Assembly (NCBI GenBank): GCA_965541585.1 | Contig: CBEUCH010000010.1 | Coordinates: 32,001 to 96,000, forward strand | Source of the DNA: an uncultured bacterium | GTDB taxonomy: Bacteria; Zixibacteria; MSB-5A5; UBA10806 | DNA length: 64,000 nt | Reading direction: 5' to 3' | Shown here: positions 1 to 8,859 of the stretch, piece after piece | Position numbering within the stretch: position 1 is the stretch's first letter | How the letters are laid out: each line of letters starts with the position of its first letter | Program-made: the position numbers and the translations under genes | Notes under the pieces: model-generated | What the model saw: only the letters and a program-made list of their open reading frames with translations | What the model was told of the DNA's origin: nothing | The model's database searches: none

Positions 1-263
1 TCGATATTACATGTGAGAGGAAGAAAACCGAGGTCGTTGATCTCGGCGGTTACCATAGGCGAGACACATATGAGATCAATTTGAAAAACCACAAAGACGA
101 AGATGTATTGGTAACCGTGATAGAATCCACACCGGGCTGGTATGAATGGCATATTCTAAGATCCAGCGTAGAATACAAGAAGGTTAGCGCTTATAAGGTG
201 GAGTTTCCGGTCAGCGTGGAAGCAAACGGAGAAAATACGATGACATACACAATTGAGTATTGA
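1..263 (+). CDS. DUF4139-domain protein, 3' end (runs off window start)
   Basis: Frame is open from base 3: DITCERKK...TYEINLKNHKDEDVLVTVIE...EFPVSVEANGENTMTYTIEY*, resembling the DUF4139 C-terminus. Confidence 0.7.
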   Translation, partial: DITCERKKTEVVDLGGYHRRDTYEINLKNHKDEDVLVTVIESTPGWYEWHILRSSVEYKKVSAYKVEFPVSVEANGENTMTYTIEY

Positions 264-276
264 TTCCGGAGGGAAT

Positions 277-1458
277 ATGAGGAGAAGTTGGCTTGTTTAC
301 GGGCTATTGTTGGCGGTTGCGGTACTATTTATCGCAGGATGTGCCAATAAGTGGAAAACGTCGGTCAAAATCGCCATGGGCCAGAAGAGATGGGATAAGG
401 CTATAAGCGATGGTCAAAAGGCGCTTGAACTGGATCCCGACGACGGTGAGGTGCATTTTCTGATGGCCAAATCCTATAAGGAAATGGGCGAATTTGAATC
501 GATGATTCCTCATCTCGATGCGGCCGAGGGCTCATGGCCTAAAGGAGAAAAGGAGATAGGAGAACTCAGGGCCGATACCTGGGAAGAAATCTTCAATGCC
601 AGTCTTAAGAATGCCAATAGCGAGGAATATGACCAGGCCCGGAGCGGTTTCCAGTTGGCAATCGCTATCCTTCCCACGAGATATGAGGCATATACCAACC
701 TGGGTTTTGTCTGGCAACATCTGGAGAACAATGATTCGGCTTACTATTATTATTCGCAGGGATACGAAATCGATCCTGATAATATAAAGATTCTCGAGAA
801 CTTCGCCAGCCTCTGTTTCAATATGGGAATGTATCCGAAAGCTGAGAGTCTCTATAAGAAGATCTTAGCTCAGGACCCGAAAAACGCCGAAGCTATGATG
901 AGGCTGGCAATCATTGCCGGTGAAAACGGAGATTATACGACGGCGGTGGATTATTATAAGCGCGCACTTGAGTTTGAGCCGGATAATTGCCAACTGCGCA
1001 TGAGTGTCGGGAACATCTATTTTGAAAACGCTATCAGGCTGGCTGACTCTTTAGAGCTTGAATCTGAGGCAAAGAGTCTATGTCAGTTATTGGATGACGA
1101 GGCAGCGGCTTTCGCCGCGTTGGAGAAGTTATATCCATCCGCTGAAGATAGGGCTAGGGAAGCACTTACTGCCGTTAAGGATTATTGTGGCAATCTCATG
1201 CAAGCCGAGTCAATTTTCGTCCGCGTTGTGGACATTTGCCCCGATGAACCCGATCCCCATATCAATCTAAACGTCGTTTTGATGACCTTGGAGCGTTTCG
1301 ACGAAGTGATCGCGAACCTGGAGACGTTTACACTGGACTTTCCCGATGAATGTGTCGGCTGGGATCTTTACTTCCGGGCCCTATTGCGCAAGGGATATAG
1401 GAATCGGGCTCTTGAGGCCAACAACAAATACGAAGAATGTAAAGGCACAAAACAGTAG
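277..1458 (+). CDS. TPR-repeat lipoprotein
   Basis: ATG 277 follows GGAGG; MRRSW + hydrophobic stretch + lipobox IAGC; repeated TPR motifs (ALELDPDD, EIDPDN, ILAQDPKN, ALEFEPDN). Confidence 0.85.
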   Translation: MRRSWLVYGLLLAVAVLFIAGCANKWKTSVKIAMGQKRWDKAISDGQKALELDPDDGEVHFLMAKSYKEMGEFESMIPHLDAAEGSWPKGEKEIGELRADTWEEIFNASLKNANSEEYDQARSGFQLAIAILPTRYEAYTNLGFVWQHLENNDSAYYYYSQGYEIDPDNIKILENFASLCFNMGMYPKAESLYKKILAQDPKNAEAMMRLAIIAGENGDYTTAVDYYKRALEFEPDNCQLRMSVGNIYFENAIRLADSLELESEAKSLCQLLDDEAAAFAALEKLYPSAEDRAREALTAVKDYCGNLMQAESIFVRVVDICPDEPDPHINLNVVLMTLERFDEVIANLETFTLDFPDECVGWDLYFRALLRKGYRNRALEANNKYEECKGTKQ

Positions 1459-1482
1459 ATTTATTGACCGACTGATCAAACG

Positions 1483-1531
1483 GGCAGTCCGCTGGCTTTG
1501 TGTCGGGTAGGTGGGCTGCCTTTAATCTTTT
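1483..1531 (+). terminator. Possible intrinsic terminator
   Basis: GGCAGTCCGC/GTGGGCTGCC stem with GU pairs and a large loop, followed by TTTAATCTTTT. Confidence 0.45.
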
Positions 1532-1548
1532 AGGGCTGCGTATTCAGG

Positions 1549-3996
1549 ATGTTTGCCAGAATCGCTTTTCCCGTGCCGTATATTGACTATTTCACTTATG
1601 CGATACCGGATCGTTTGAAACAGCGTATTCGCCCCGGCATGATAGTCAATGCCCCTTTTGGCAATCAATCGGCTGCCGGAGTGGTTATAGAGATTGTCGA
1701 AGAATCTGATATTCCTTCAGCCGATATCAGGGAAATAACAGGTTTGAGAGATCCGGATCTCTCGATCCCCGCTGAGTTGCTGAGCCTGGTTTTGTATACC
1801 TCCGGATATTATGGCACTACTCCCGGGATGGTTTTAAAATCGGCTCTTCCTCCCGGAGCATTGCAGAGGAGAAAGGTATTCTTCTATCCCGGTCTCGATC
1901 GGGGATCGGAAGTAAATGAAGAAGCGCTTTTGAAATTGATAAAAAAGATCTCGGACAAGCCGGGCAAGTGGTCTTTCGGCGATCTGAGACAGTTCGATGG
2001 TGTTACCCGCAGAGCCGTCGATTCATTGATAAGTAAGGGTATCATATCGGTATCTCCCTTTAGAACCATGAGAGAAGAAAGACCCATAGGGAAGGAAAGA
2101 TGGCTGAAGGCTGCGATCAACTCGATTCCTGAAAAGACCGGGCTGGGGCCGAAAAGCCGAAAGCTTTTTGAATTATTGATTGAATCGAAAAATGGAATTA
2201 AGATGTCGATGTTAAAGGACATCGGCATCTCGTCATCGTCAGCCGCAGCGCTGCACCGTCGTGGCCTGATCGAATACGAATATAAAGATAGAGAAATAGC
2301 GGATATAGGCGGTCTGAAATCACTGGTTAAAGAGGAAGTTTTTGAGCTCACCCTGTGGCAAAGATCGGCCCTGGAGAAGATCGAAGCCGCCGTCAGGGCA
2401 GGATCTCATACGGGATTCTTGCTTTACGGGGTGACTTCATCCGGCAAGACGCAGGTTTATCTGGAGGCGGCGAAATTCGCAATAGAAAACGGGAAATCGG
2501 TGCTGGTGCTTGTCCCCGAAATAACCCTGACTCCCCAGATTATCGCCAGATTCGAGAGATTCTTGAAGATCGCTCCCCTCGTCTGGCATTCACATTTGAG
2601 CCCGGCGGATAGAGTCGCGATGTTTAAAGCCGCTCGCTCGGGCAGAGGCCGGCTGATCGTTGGTGCCAGGTCGGCTATTTTCAGTCCTCTGGAGAATCTG
2701 GGACTGATAATCGTGGATGAGGAGCAGGATCATTCTTATAAGCAGGACGATCCCGCACCGAGATATAATGCCAGAGATCTGGCTTTAAAAAGAGGGCAGA
2801 TCACGGGAGCTGCAGTGGTTCTTGGATCTGCTACGCCATCGGTAGAATCCTATCATGCCGCTGTTTGCGGCCGATTGGATCTTCTAACGTTGCCGCAACG
2901 AGTGGCGGGAAGCGGCGATCCCCGAATAAAGATAATATCGACGGTCGCATCGACGGAACCTGCGCGGGATTCCCGACCGATTTTCCCCGAGGGATTCTGG
3001 CCTGTCTCCGAGGCTCTGCATACGGAGCTATCCATCAGGATGAAAAGAAACGAGCAGATCATCATATTGCTGAACAGGCGCGGGTATTCATCGTCGGTAG
3101 TCTGTTTCGAATGCGGCTGGCTCGGGAAGTGCCCCGATTGCGATATCGGCTGGACCTATTATAAGAATAGAAATAAGGTGATCTGCCATTACTGCGGGAT
3201 GGAGAAAAAGGGCCCGACTGTCTGCCCCACCTGTGGCTCGGCAAGATTGAGTTTTCGGGGTGCCGGCACGGAGCGACTGGAGGAAACCCTGCGGCATCTC
3301 TTCCCCGAGGCGCCAATTAAGAGGCTTGATTCCGATGCGGCGTCGAGAAAATGGGAATCGCGTAATATCCTCGAGGAGTTCGGGCGCGGAGGATTTAGAA
3401 TCCTGATAGGAACCCAGATGGTCGCCAAAGGTCATCATTTCCCGGCAGTGGGTTTCGTAGCCATAATAGGAGCAGATATAGGGCTGTCGCTTCCTGATTT
3501 TCGCGCCGCAGAGAGGGTTCTCCAGCTTTTGATTCAGGCTTCGGGAAGGGCCGGAAGATCGAGCAGAAAATCAGCCCCCGGTACTGTGATGGTGCAGACC
3601 TTCACGCCCGGGGCGAATGTTTTCGATTTTTTGAAGGCGCATGACTATACGGGCTTTCTGGAGTGCGAGAAGGAGATCCGGAAAACAATGGGATACCCTC
3701 CCTATAGAAGACTGATACAGGTCATTGTTTCATCGGATAATTCATCGAAGGCATCCCGGGCAGCAAAAAGCTTGAAGGAGGATATAAACGATATTTCTGT
3801 CGATAAGCATATAGAGGTTCTGGGCCCGGCACGATCTCCTATTTTCAAAAGGGGGAAACATTACCGGTACCAACTTCTGTTAAAGATTCCACTGGAGGAA
3901 GAATCGGAGGACCTTCTGCGAGTTCTTAACGGGACTGCCAGGAGGGCACGCGGTTTCTCGGTCAGGATCGACGTCGATCCGGTGACCTTCATATAG
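1549..3996 (+). CDS. priA: Primosomal protein N' (replication restart helicase)
   Basis: GVTSSGKT Walker A, IIVDEEQD, LGSATPS, LNRRGY, four CxxC motifs, GTQMVAKGHHFP, C-terminal IDVDP. Confidence 0.97.
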   Translation: MFARIAFPVPYIDYFTYAIPDRLKQRIRPGMIVNAPFGNQSAAGVVIEIVEESDIPSADIREITGLRDPDLSIPAELLSLVLYTSGYYGTTPGMVLKSALPPGALQRRKVFFYPGLDRGSEVNEEALLKLIKKISDKPGKWSFGDLRQFDGVTRRAVDSLISKGIISVSPFRTMREERPIGKERWLKAAINSIPEKTGLGPKSRKLFELLIESKNGIKMSMLKDIGISSSSAAALHRRGLIEYEYKDREIADIGGLKSLVKEEVFELTLWQRSALEKIEAAVRAGSHTGFLLYGVTSSGKTQVYLEAAKFAIENGKSVLVLVPEITLTPQIIARFERFLKIAPLVWHSHLSPADRVAMFKAARSGRGRLIVGARSAIFSPLENLGLIIVDEEQDHSYKQDDPAPRYNARDLALKRGQITGAAVVLGSATPSVESYHAAVCGRLDLLTLPQRVAGSGDPRIKIISTVASTEPARDSRPIFPEGFWPVSEALHTELSIRMKRNEQIIILLNRRGYSSSVVCFECGWLGKCPDCDIGWTYYKNRNKVICHYCGMEKKGPTVCPTCGSARLSFRGAGTERLEETLRHLFPEAPIKRLDSDAASRKWESRNILEEFGRGGFRILIGTQMVAKGHHFPAVGFVAIIGADIGLSLPDFRAAERVLQLLIQASGRAGRSSRKSAPGTVMVQTFTPGANVFDFLKAHDYTGFLECEKEIRKTMGYPPYRRLIQVIVSSDNSSKASRAAKSLKEDINDISVDKHIEVLGPARSPIFKRGKHYRYQLLLKIPLEEESEDLLRVLNGTARRARGFSVRIDVDPVTFI

Positions 3997-4000
3997 AAAC

Positions 4001-4029
4001 TTGACCTGCCGGTTGCTTTAGGCTAACTT
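4001..4029 (+). promoter_or_regulatory. sigma70-type promoter of the HD-purM operon
   Basis: TTGACC-N17-TAACTT in the priA/HD intergenic region. Confidence 0.55.
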
Positions 4030-4060
4030 CGGCTCTCTGTTTTGACGACTACTGACAACA

Positions 4061-4732
4061 ATGGAGCAGCAGATGATAACCATCGATGACGTTAAAGAAA
4101 ACGAAACCGTTGTGAAGCTGATCGCGAAGGCCGATGAGGTGCTGGGAGTCATGGGCTATACCGAACATGGCCAGAGGCACTCATCCCTGGCGGCGAATAT
4201 CGCTTATAACATCATGATGCGTCTCGGCAAGGGTGAAAAGCGCGCCCAGCTCGCTGCCATCGCAGGCTACATGCATGATATCGGAAATCTGATCAATCGC
4301 GATTTTCATGCCCAGACGGCCTCCGTCATGGCATTTCACATTCTCAGCGAGATGGGAATGGATACCGCTGATATCGCCGAGGTTGTCGCCGCTATCGGCA
4401 ACCACGACGAGCGCGACGGCTATCCCATATCGGATGTTTCGGCGGCCGTGATTCTGGCCGATAAGTCTGACGTCCATAGATCGAGAGTCCGCAATACGGA
4501 GATGCTCAAAGTCGATATCCACGACAGGGTCAATTACGCCGCCGAAGAATCCTTTTTGCGCATCGACGATGAGAAGAAAATCGCATCCCTTGAGATCAGG
4601 ATCGATACCTCCATCTCCCAGGTTATGGAGTATTTCGAAATATTTCTTTCCAGGATGCTGGTCTGCAAACGTGCCGCCGAGTTTCTGGGTTTGAAATTCG
4701 CTCTTGTTATTAACGATAATAAACTGCTATAA
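4061..4732 (+). CDS. HD-superfamily metal-dependent phosphohydrolase (start may be ATG 4073)
   Basis: EHGQRH...MHDIGN...GNHDE...LADKSD motifs; GGAG precedes ATG 4073. Confidence 0.85.
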   Translation: MEQQMITIDDVKENETVVKLIAKADEVLGVMGYTEHGQRHSSLAANIAYNIMMRLGKGEKRAQLAAIAGYMHDIGNLINRDFHAQTASVMAFHILSEMGMDTADIAEVVAAIGNHDERDGYPISDVSAAVILADKSDVHRSRVRNTEMLKVDIHDRVNYAAEESFLRIDDEKKIASLEIRIDTSISQVMEYFEIFLSRMLVCKRAAEFLGLKFALVINDNKLL

Positions 4733-4740
4733 TTTCGGTA

Positions 4741-5775
4741 ATGAAGAAAGCCGACAGATATGCAAAGGCCGGCGTCGATATTGATTCCGCCGAGAGGGCT
4801 AAATCGCGTCTTGCCGAACTGGTGCGGGGAACATTTTCAGGAAACGTCGCAGGTGATTTCGGTGATTTCGGAGCGGCTTTTTCGCTTAAAGGGATAGGCG
4901 CGGACAATTATCTGGTGTCATCGGCTGATGGAGTCGGCACCAAACTCAAGGTGGCCGTTATGGCCTCGCGGCATGATACAGTCGGCCACGATCTCGTAAA
5001 CCACCTCGTCAACGATATCCTCTGCCTGGGCGCCAGGCCGTTATTCTTCATGGACTATATAGGTCTGGGGAAGATGGATGAGGATATTGTCTACGCTCTG
5101 GTAAAAGGCTTTTCCAACGGTTGTAAGGAAAACGGCTGTGCTCTTCTGGGTGGAGAGACCGCCGAGATGCCGGGCCTTTATTCGGAAGATGAGTACGACC
5201 TCGCAGGGTTCGTTGTTGGGGTAACGAGAGAATCGATGCTGGTTGATAAAAACATTATCAAGCCGGGCGATATCCTGGTCGGTTTTTCCTCCAGCGGGCT
5301 CCATACCAACGGATATTCTCTGGCGCGGAAGGCATTCTTTGAGATTGGCAAAATGACTCTGGACGATGCCATACCCGGAACCGATACCAGGCTCGGGGAT
5401 GAGTTGTTAACTATCCATCGTTCTTACCTTTCGACCATTTTTCCTCTCATGAAAAAGAAACTGATCAAAGCCGTGGCGCATATAACAGGAGGGGGATTCG
5501 AAGGCAACATCTCGCGGATTCTTCCATCGAACGTGGATGCAGTTGTCGACACGACGTATTGGAAGCCGCCCGGTGTATTCAAGGCTATAGAGAAGCTTGC
5601 AGGCGTGGAGCGAGAAGAGATGTATCGTGTATTTAATATGGGCATAGGATTAGTTGCTATCTTAGAGGAGAAGAACAGACCGGCGTTAAGAAGGATGTTG
5701 AAAGCTCCGGATTGTGAAGTCGTACCCGCAGGATTCATCACCGAGGGTACAGGCAAAGTAAAATTGAAGCTATGA
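4741..5775 (+). CDS. purM: Phosphoribosylformylglycinamidine cyclo-ligase (AIR synthetase)
   Basis: YAKAGVDI, DGVGTK, GGETAEMPG, SSGLHTNGYSL, AHITGGG, FNMGIG. Confidence 0.97.
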   Translation: MKKADRYAKAGVDIDSAERAKSRLAELVRGTFSGNVAGDFGDFGAAFSLKGIGADNYLVSSADGVGTKLKVAVMASRHDTVGHDLVNHLVNDILCLGARPLFFMDYIGLGKMDEDIVYALVKGFSNGCKENGCALLGGETAEMPGLYSEDEYDLAGFVVGVTRESMLVDKNIIKPGDILVGFSSSGLHTNGYSLARKAFFEIGKMTLDDAIPGTDTRLGDELLTIHRSYLSTIFPLMKKKLIKAVAHITGGGFEGNISRILPSNVDAVVDTTYWKPPGVFKAIEKLAGVEREEMYRVFNMGIGLVAILEEKNRPALRRMLKAPDCEVVPAGFITEGTGKVKLKL

Positions 5776-7304
5776 CCAGCATTCCTCGTCCCTTGACATT
5801 GATTATAATGGATGGCTTCGGCCTGAATCCCGAAACGGATGGGAACGCTGTGGCCGCCGCTTCCACGCCGAACTATGATTGTCTGATATCAAAATATCCG
5901 CATACCACTCTGGAAGCCTCCGGTCTGGTTGTCGGTCTGCCCGAGGGGCAAATGGGTAACTCCGAAGTCGGCCATCTCAATTTCGGCGCCGGGCGAGTAG
6001 TTTATCAGGAGGTTACCAGGATAGATAAGGCTATCGCCGATCATTCGTTTTTCAAAAACGATGTATTGTTGGAGCAAATAGAGAGAATTAAGAGTCAATC
6101 GGGGAGGCTTCATCTGATGGGACTGGCTTCCGATGGCCTTGTGCATTCGTCTCTGGAACATCTATACGCTCTTCTGAAATTGTGCAAGCAAATGGAGATG
6201 AAAAATATCGTCATACACGCCTTCCTGGATGGCCGCGATACTTCTCCAACGTCAGGCGCAGGCTATATCGAGGAAATCATGGCGAAATGCGCGGAAATAG
6301 GGATCGGCAGTCTCAGTACCGTAATAGGCCGCTATTATGCCATGGACCGCGATAACCGCTGGCAGAGAGTAAAAAAGGCTTACGATCTTATCGTGGCGGG
6401 AGTGGGTTTGAGAACGTCCCACCCGGTGCGGGCTATAAAAGAATACTATTCCAGAAACACGACCGACGAGTTCATGGAGCCGATCTCGGTCGACGGTTTC
6501 GAGCATGGTCTGGCCGAAAACGACGGCGTGATATTCTACAATTTCAGAGCCGATAGAGCCAGGCAATTGAGTTATGCCCTGACCGATATCGGCTTCGACG
6601 GTTTCGATCGGAACTGCGGGACGGTTGTGCCGCTGGTCAGTTTGACGCTGTATGATGTCAAATTGAATGCCAGGGTGGCGTTCAAACAGATTATGCACAA
6701 AAATATTTTCGCCGAGGTCATAAGCGCTGGCGGCTTAACTCAGCTCAGAACCGCCGAGACGGAGAAGTATCCCCACGTTACATTCTTCTTTAACGGTGGG
6801 GTCGAAAAACCTTTTGAAGGCGAGGACAGGGTTTTGATACATTCGCCAAAAGTGGCGACCTACGATCTCAAGCCGGAGATGTCGGCTCATGAAGTAGTCA
6901 GTTCTACGCTTGGCAAAATCGAGGAGGATAAGTACGATGTTATCATCCTGAATTTTGCCAATTGCGACATGGTCGGCCATTCGGGAATTTTCGATGCCGC
7001 CGTAAAGGCGGTGGAAACAGTCGATGGTTGCGTGGGCCGTGTGGTGGATTCGGTTTTGAAGGCTGGCGGAGTTGCTATGGTTACTGCCGATCACGGTAAT
7101 TCCGAAAAGATGTTCGACGATAATGGCGGTCCGCATACCGCTCATACGACTTTTCCGGTGCCATTTATCCTTGTAGATGACAAATTCGACGGGCAGCTTC
7201 GGCAGGGGGCAATTCTGGCGGACGTGGCGCCGACCATGCTGGAATATCTTGAAATTCCCAAACCCGATGAGATGACGGGAGAAAGTCTTATGGTAAAAGT
7301 CTGA
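5772..7304 (+). CDS. gpmI: 2,3-bisphosphoglycerate-independent phosphoglycerate mutase
   Basis: GQMGNSEVGH, DGRD, GRYYAMDRD, AETEKYPHVTFFFNGG, DMVGH, TADHGN. Confidence 0.97.
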   Translation: MTSIPRPLTLIIMDGFGLNPETDGNAVAAASTPNYDCLISKYPHTTLEASGLVVGLPEGQMGNSEVGHLNFGAGRVVYQEVTRIDKAIADHSFFKNDVLLEQIERIKSQSGRLHLMGLASDGLVHSSLEHLYALLKLCKQMEMKNIVIHAFLDGRDTSPTSGAGYIEEIMAKCAEIGIGSLSTVIGRYYAMDRDNRWQRVKKAYDLIVAGVGLRTSHPVRAIKEYYSRNTTDEFMEPISVDGFEHGLAENDGVIFYNFRADRARQLSYALTDIGFDGFDRNCGTVVPLVSLTLYDVKLNARVAFKQIMHKNIFAEVISAGGLTQLRTAETEKYPHVTFFFNGGVEKPFEGEDRVLIHSPKVATYDLKPEMSAHEVVSSTLGKIEEDKYDVIILNFANCDMVGHSGIFDAAVKAVETVDGCVGRVVDSVLKAGGVAMVTADHGNSEKMFDDNGGPHTAHTTFPVPFILVDDKFDGQLRQGAILADVAPTMLEYLEIPKPDEMTGESLMVKV

Positions 7305-7347
7305 TGATTTGCCGCCGCAACAATCGGGGATTTTGAAAGGGCATGGG

Positions 7348-8859
7348 ATGAAAGAGATCAGGCCGTATTTAGTAATAACATCAGCCATAGTCTCGTTTCT
7401 ATGTTTTCCGCCTTTTCCTTTTGGCCCGCTGATTTTTCTGTCTCTAGTGCCTTTACTTCTGGCAATTGAGGATATGCCTCCGTACAGGGCCCTTAAGCTG
7501 GGGTTCCTGTGGGGGATAATATTTTTTCTGGGGCTGATTTACTATATAGCCTGGGTCACTCCTCCCGGAATGTTGGCCGCCGTGCTGATTCTTTCATTTA
7601 TTCCGGCAACCGCCTGCTGGTTTTTCGCCAGGCTTATGGATAGAAACCGGGGGGCGGCCCTGATATTCTTTCCTTCGTATTTTATCATGTGGAATTGGCT
7701 TTTTACCATGTCCGATCTGAATTATCCCTGGGCCGACTTCGGTTATGCGCTGGCTTATTACCTGCCGTTCGTTCAGGCGGCGGAGTTAGGAGCTGTATAT
7801 CTAATATCCCTTATCATCCTGGCTGTTAATGCGGCTATCTACGCCTCGGTGTCGCAGAAGCTCAATCTCTCACAGTATGTGCGAAGAAATTTGCGATATG
7901 GTTCGGTTTTTGTAATTGTTTTGCTTTATGGCTACGGTGTTGTGCGTCTTAATAGTCCTGACAGCGGCGCAGATTCTAAGAAGCTGGCGGTGGGTATTTT
8001 GCAGGGGAACATGACCCGCGGCCAAAAATGGAATCCTAAGAATCTACAGATGAATTTTGAGCGTTATTTCGATCTGTCGCGGAAGGCGGCTTCCGAAGGG
8101 GCGGAGTTTCTTATCTGGCCTGAAACCGCTACGCCCACTTATCTGATGCAGGAAAGAAGATATTTAGGAAATGTTCAGTCTCTGGTTGATTCCCTGGGTG
8201 CGCCGCTTCTGACCGGCACCCCTTACTACAGGGTAGTAGGTCCCCAGGAATATGTTTATTTCAATTCGGCGGTATTGATAACACCGGGCCGGGACGATTA
8301 TCAAGTATATTCCAAAATTCGCCTGGTGCCGGTGAGCGAACATATACCGTTTTCAGGCAGGTTCAAGAAGTTGAAGGAAATCCGTCTCGGACAGGCCGAT
8401 TTTTCAGCGGGTGAGGAGCAAACCATATTCGATCTTAAAGGCTTCAAATTTGCGGCGGTAATCTGTTTCGAGTCGGCTTTTCCCGGTTATTGCCGCGAGT
8501 TCGCTCAGAGAGGAGCTCAATTTCTGGTAGTGATAACAAACGATATGTGGTTCGGCAGGACGTCTCTTCTGGAACAACATGCTATGATGTCGGTGTTCAG
8601 AGCAGTAGAGAACAGAATTCCCGTGGTTCGGTCGGCCAATACCGGGGTATCGATGGCGGTCGATAAATGGGGTAGGATATCAACAAAATCGGATATTTTT
8701 GTACAGGACCACCTGTTGGCTAAAATCGCACCGGAGAATTCAGAGAGCATTTATGGTCGTATCGGAGATATTATTCCGAAGGGAGCGATGATATTGAGCA
8801 TAATATCCTTGGTCGTTGCCTTTCGACGGCGACGGCAGTATAATGGAGAAGTAAGATGA
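7348..8859 (+). CDS. lnt: Apolipoprotein N-acyltransferase
   Basis: Multi-TM N-terminus plus nitrilase domain with the E/K/C triad (WPETA, YSKIRLVP, ICFES), TNDMWFG, RAVENR; ATG 7348 preferred over the TTG at 7309. Confidence 0.95.
   Translation: MKEIRPYLVITSAIVSFLCFPPFPFGPLIFLSLVPLLLAIEDMPPYRALKLGFLWGIIFFLGLIYYIAWVTPPGMLAAVLILSFIPATACWFFARLMDRNRGAALIFFPSYFIMWNWLFTMSDLNYPWADFGYALAYYLPFVQAAELGAVYLISLIILAVNAAIYASVSQKLNLSQYVRRNLRYGSVFVIVLLYGYGVVRLNSPDSGADSKKLAVGILQGNMTRGQKWNPKNLQMNFERYFDLSRKAASEGAEFLIWPETATPTYLMQERRYLGNVQSLVDSLGAPLLTGTPYYRVVGPQEYVYFNSAVLITPGRDDYQVYSKIRLVPVSEHIPFSGRFKKLKEIRLGQADFSAGEEQTIFDLKGFKFAAVICFESAFPGYCREFAQRGAQFLVVITNDMWFGRTSLLEQHAMMSVFRAVENRIPVVRSANTGVSMAVDKWGRISTKSDIFVQDHLLAKIAPENSESIYGRIGDIIPKGAMILSIISLVVAFRRRRQYNGEVR

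Noticed and set aside
2428..2451. PriA Walker A reads GVTSSGKT rather than GVTGSGKT
   Set aside because: It still fits GxxxxGKT and is a variant familiar from Bacteroidota-related PriA proteins.
4852..4872. Tandem GGTGATTTC repeat in purM
   Set aside because: It is in frame and encodes GDFGDFG at the conserved Gly-rich PurM loop; it is not a contingency repeat.
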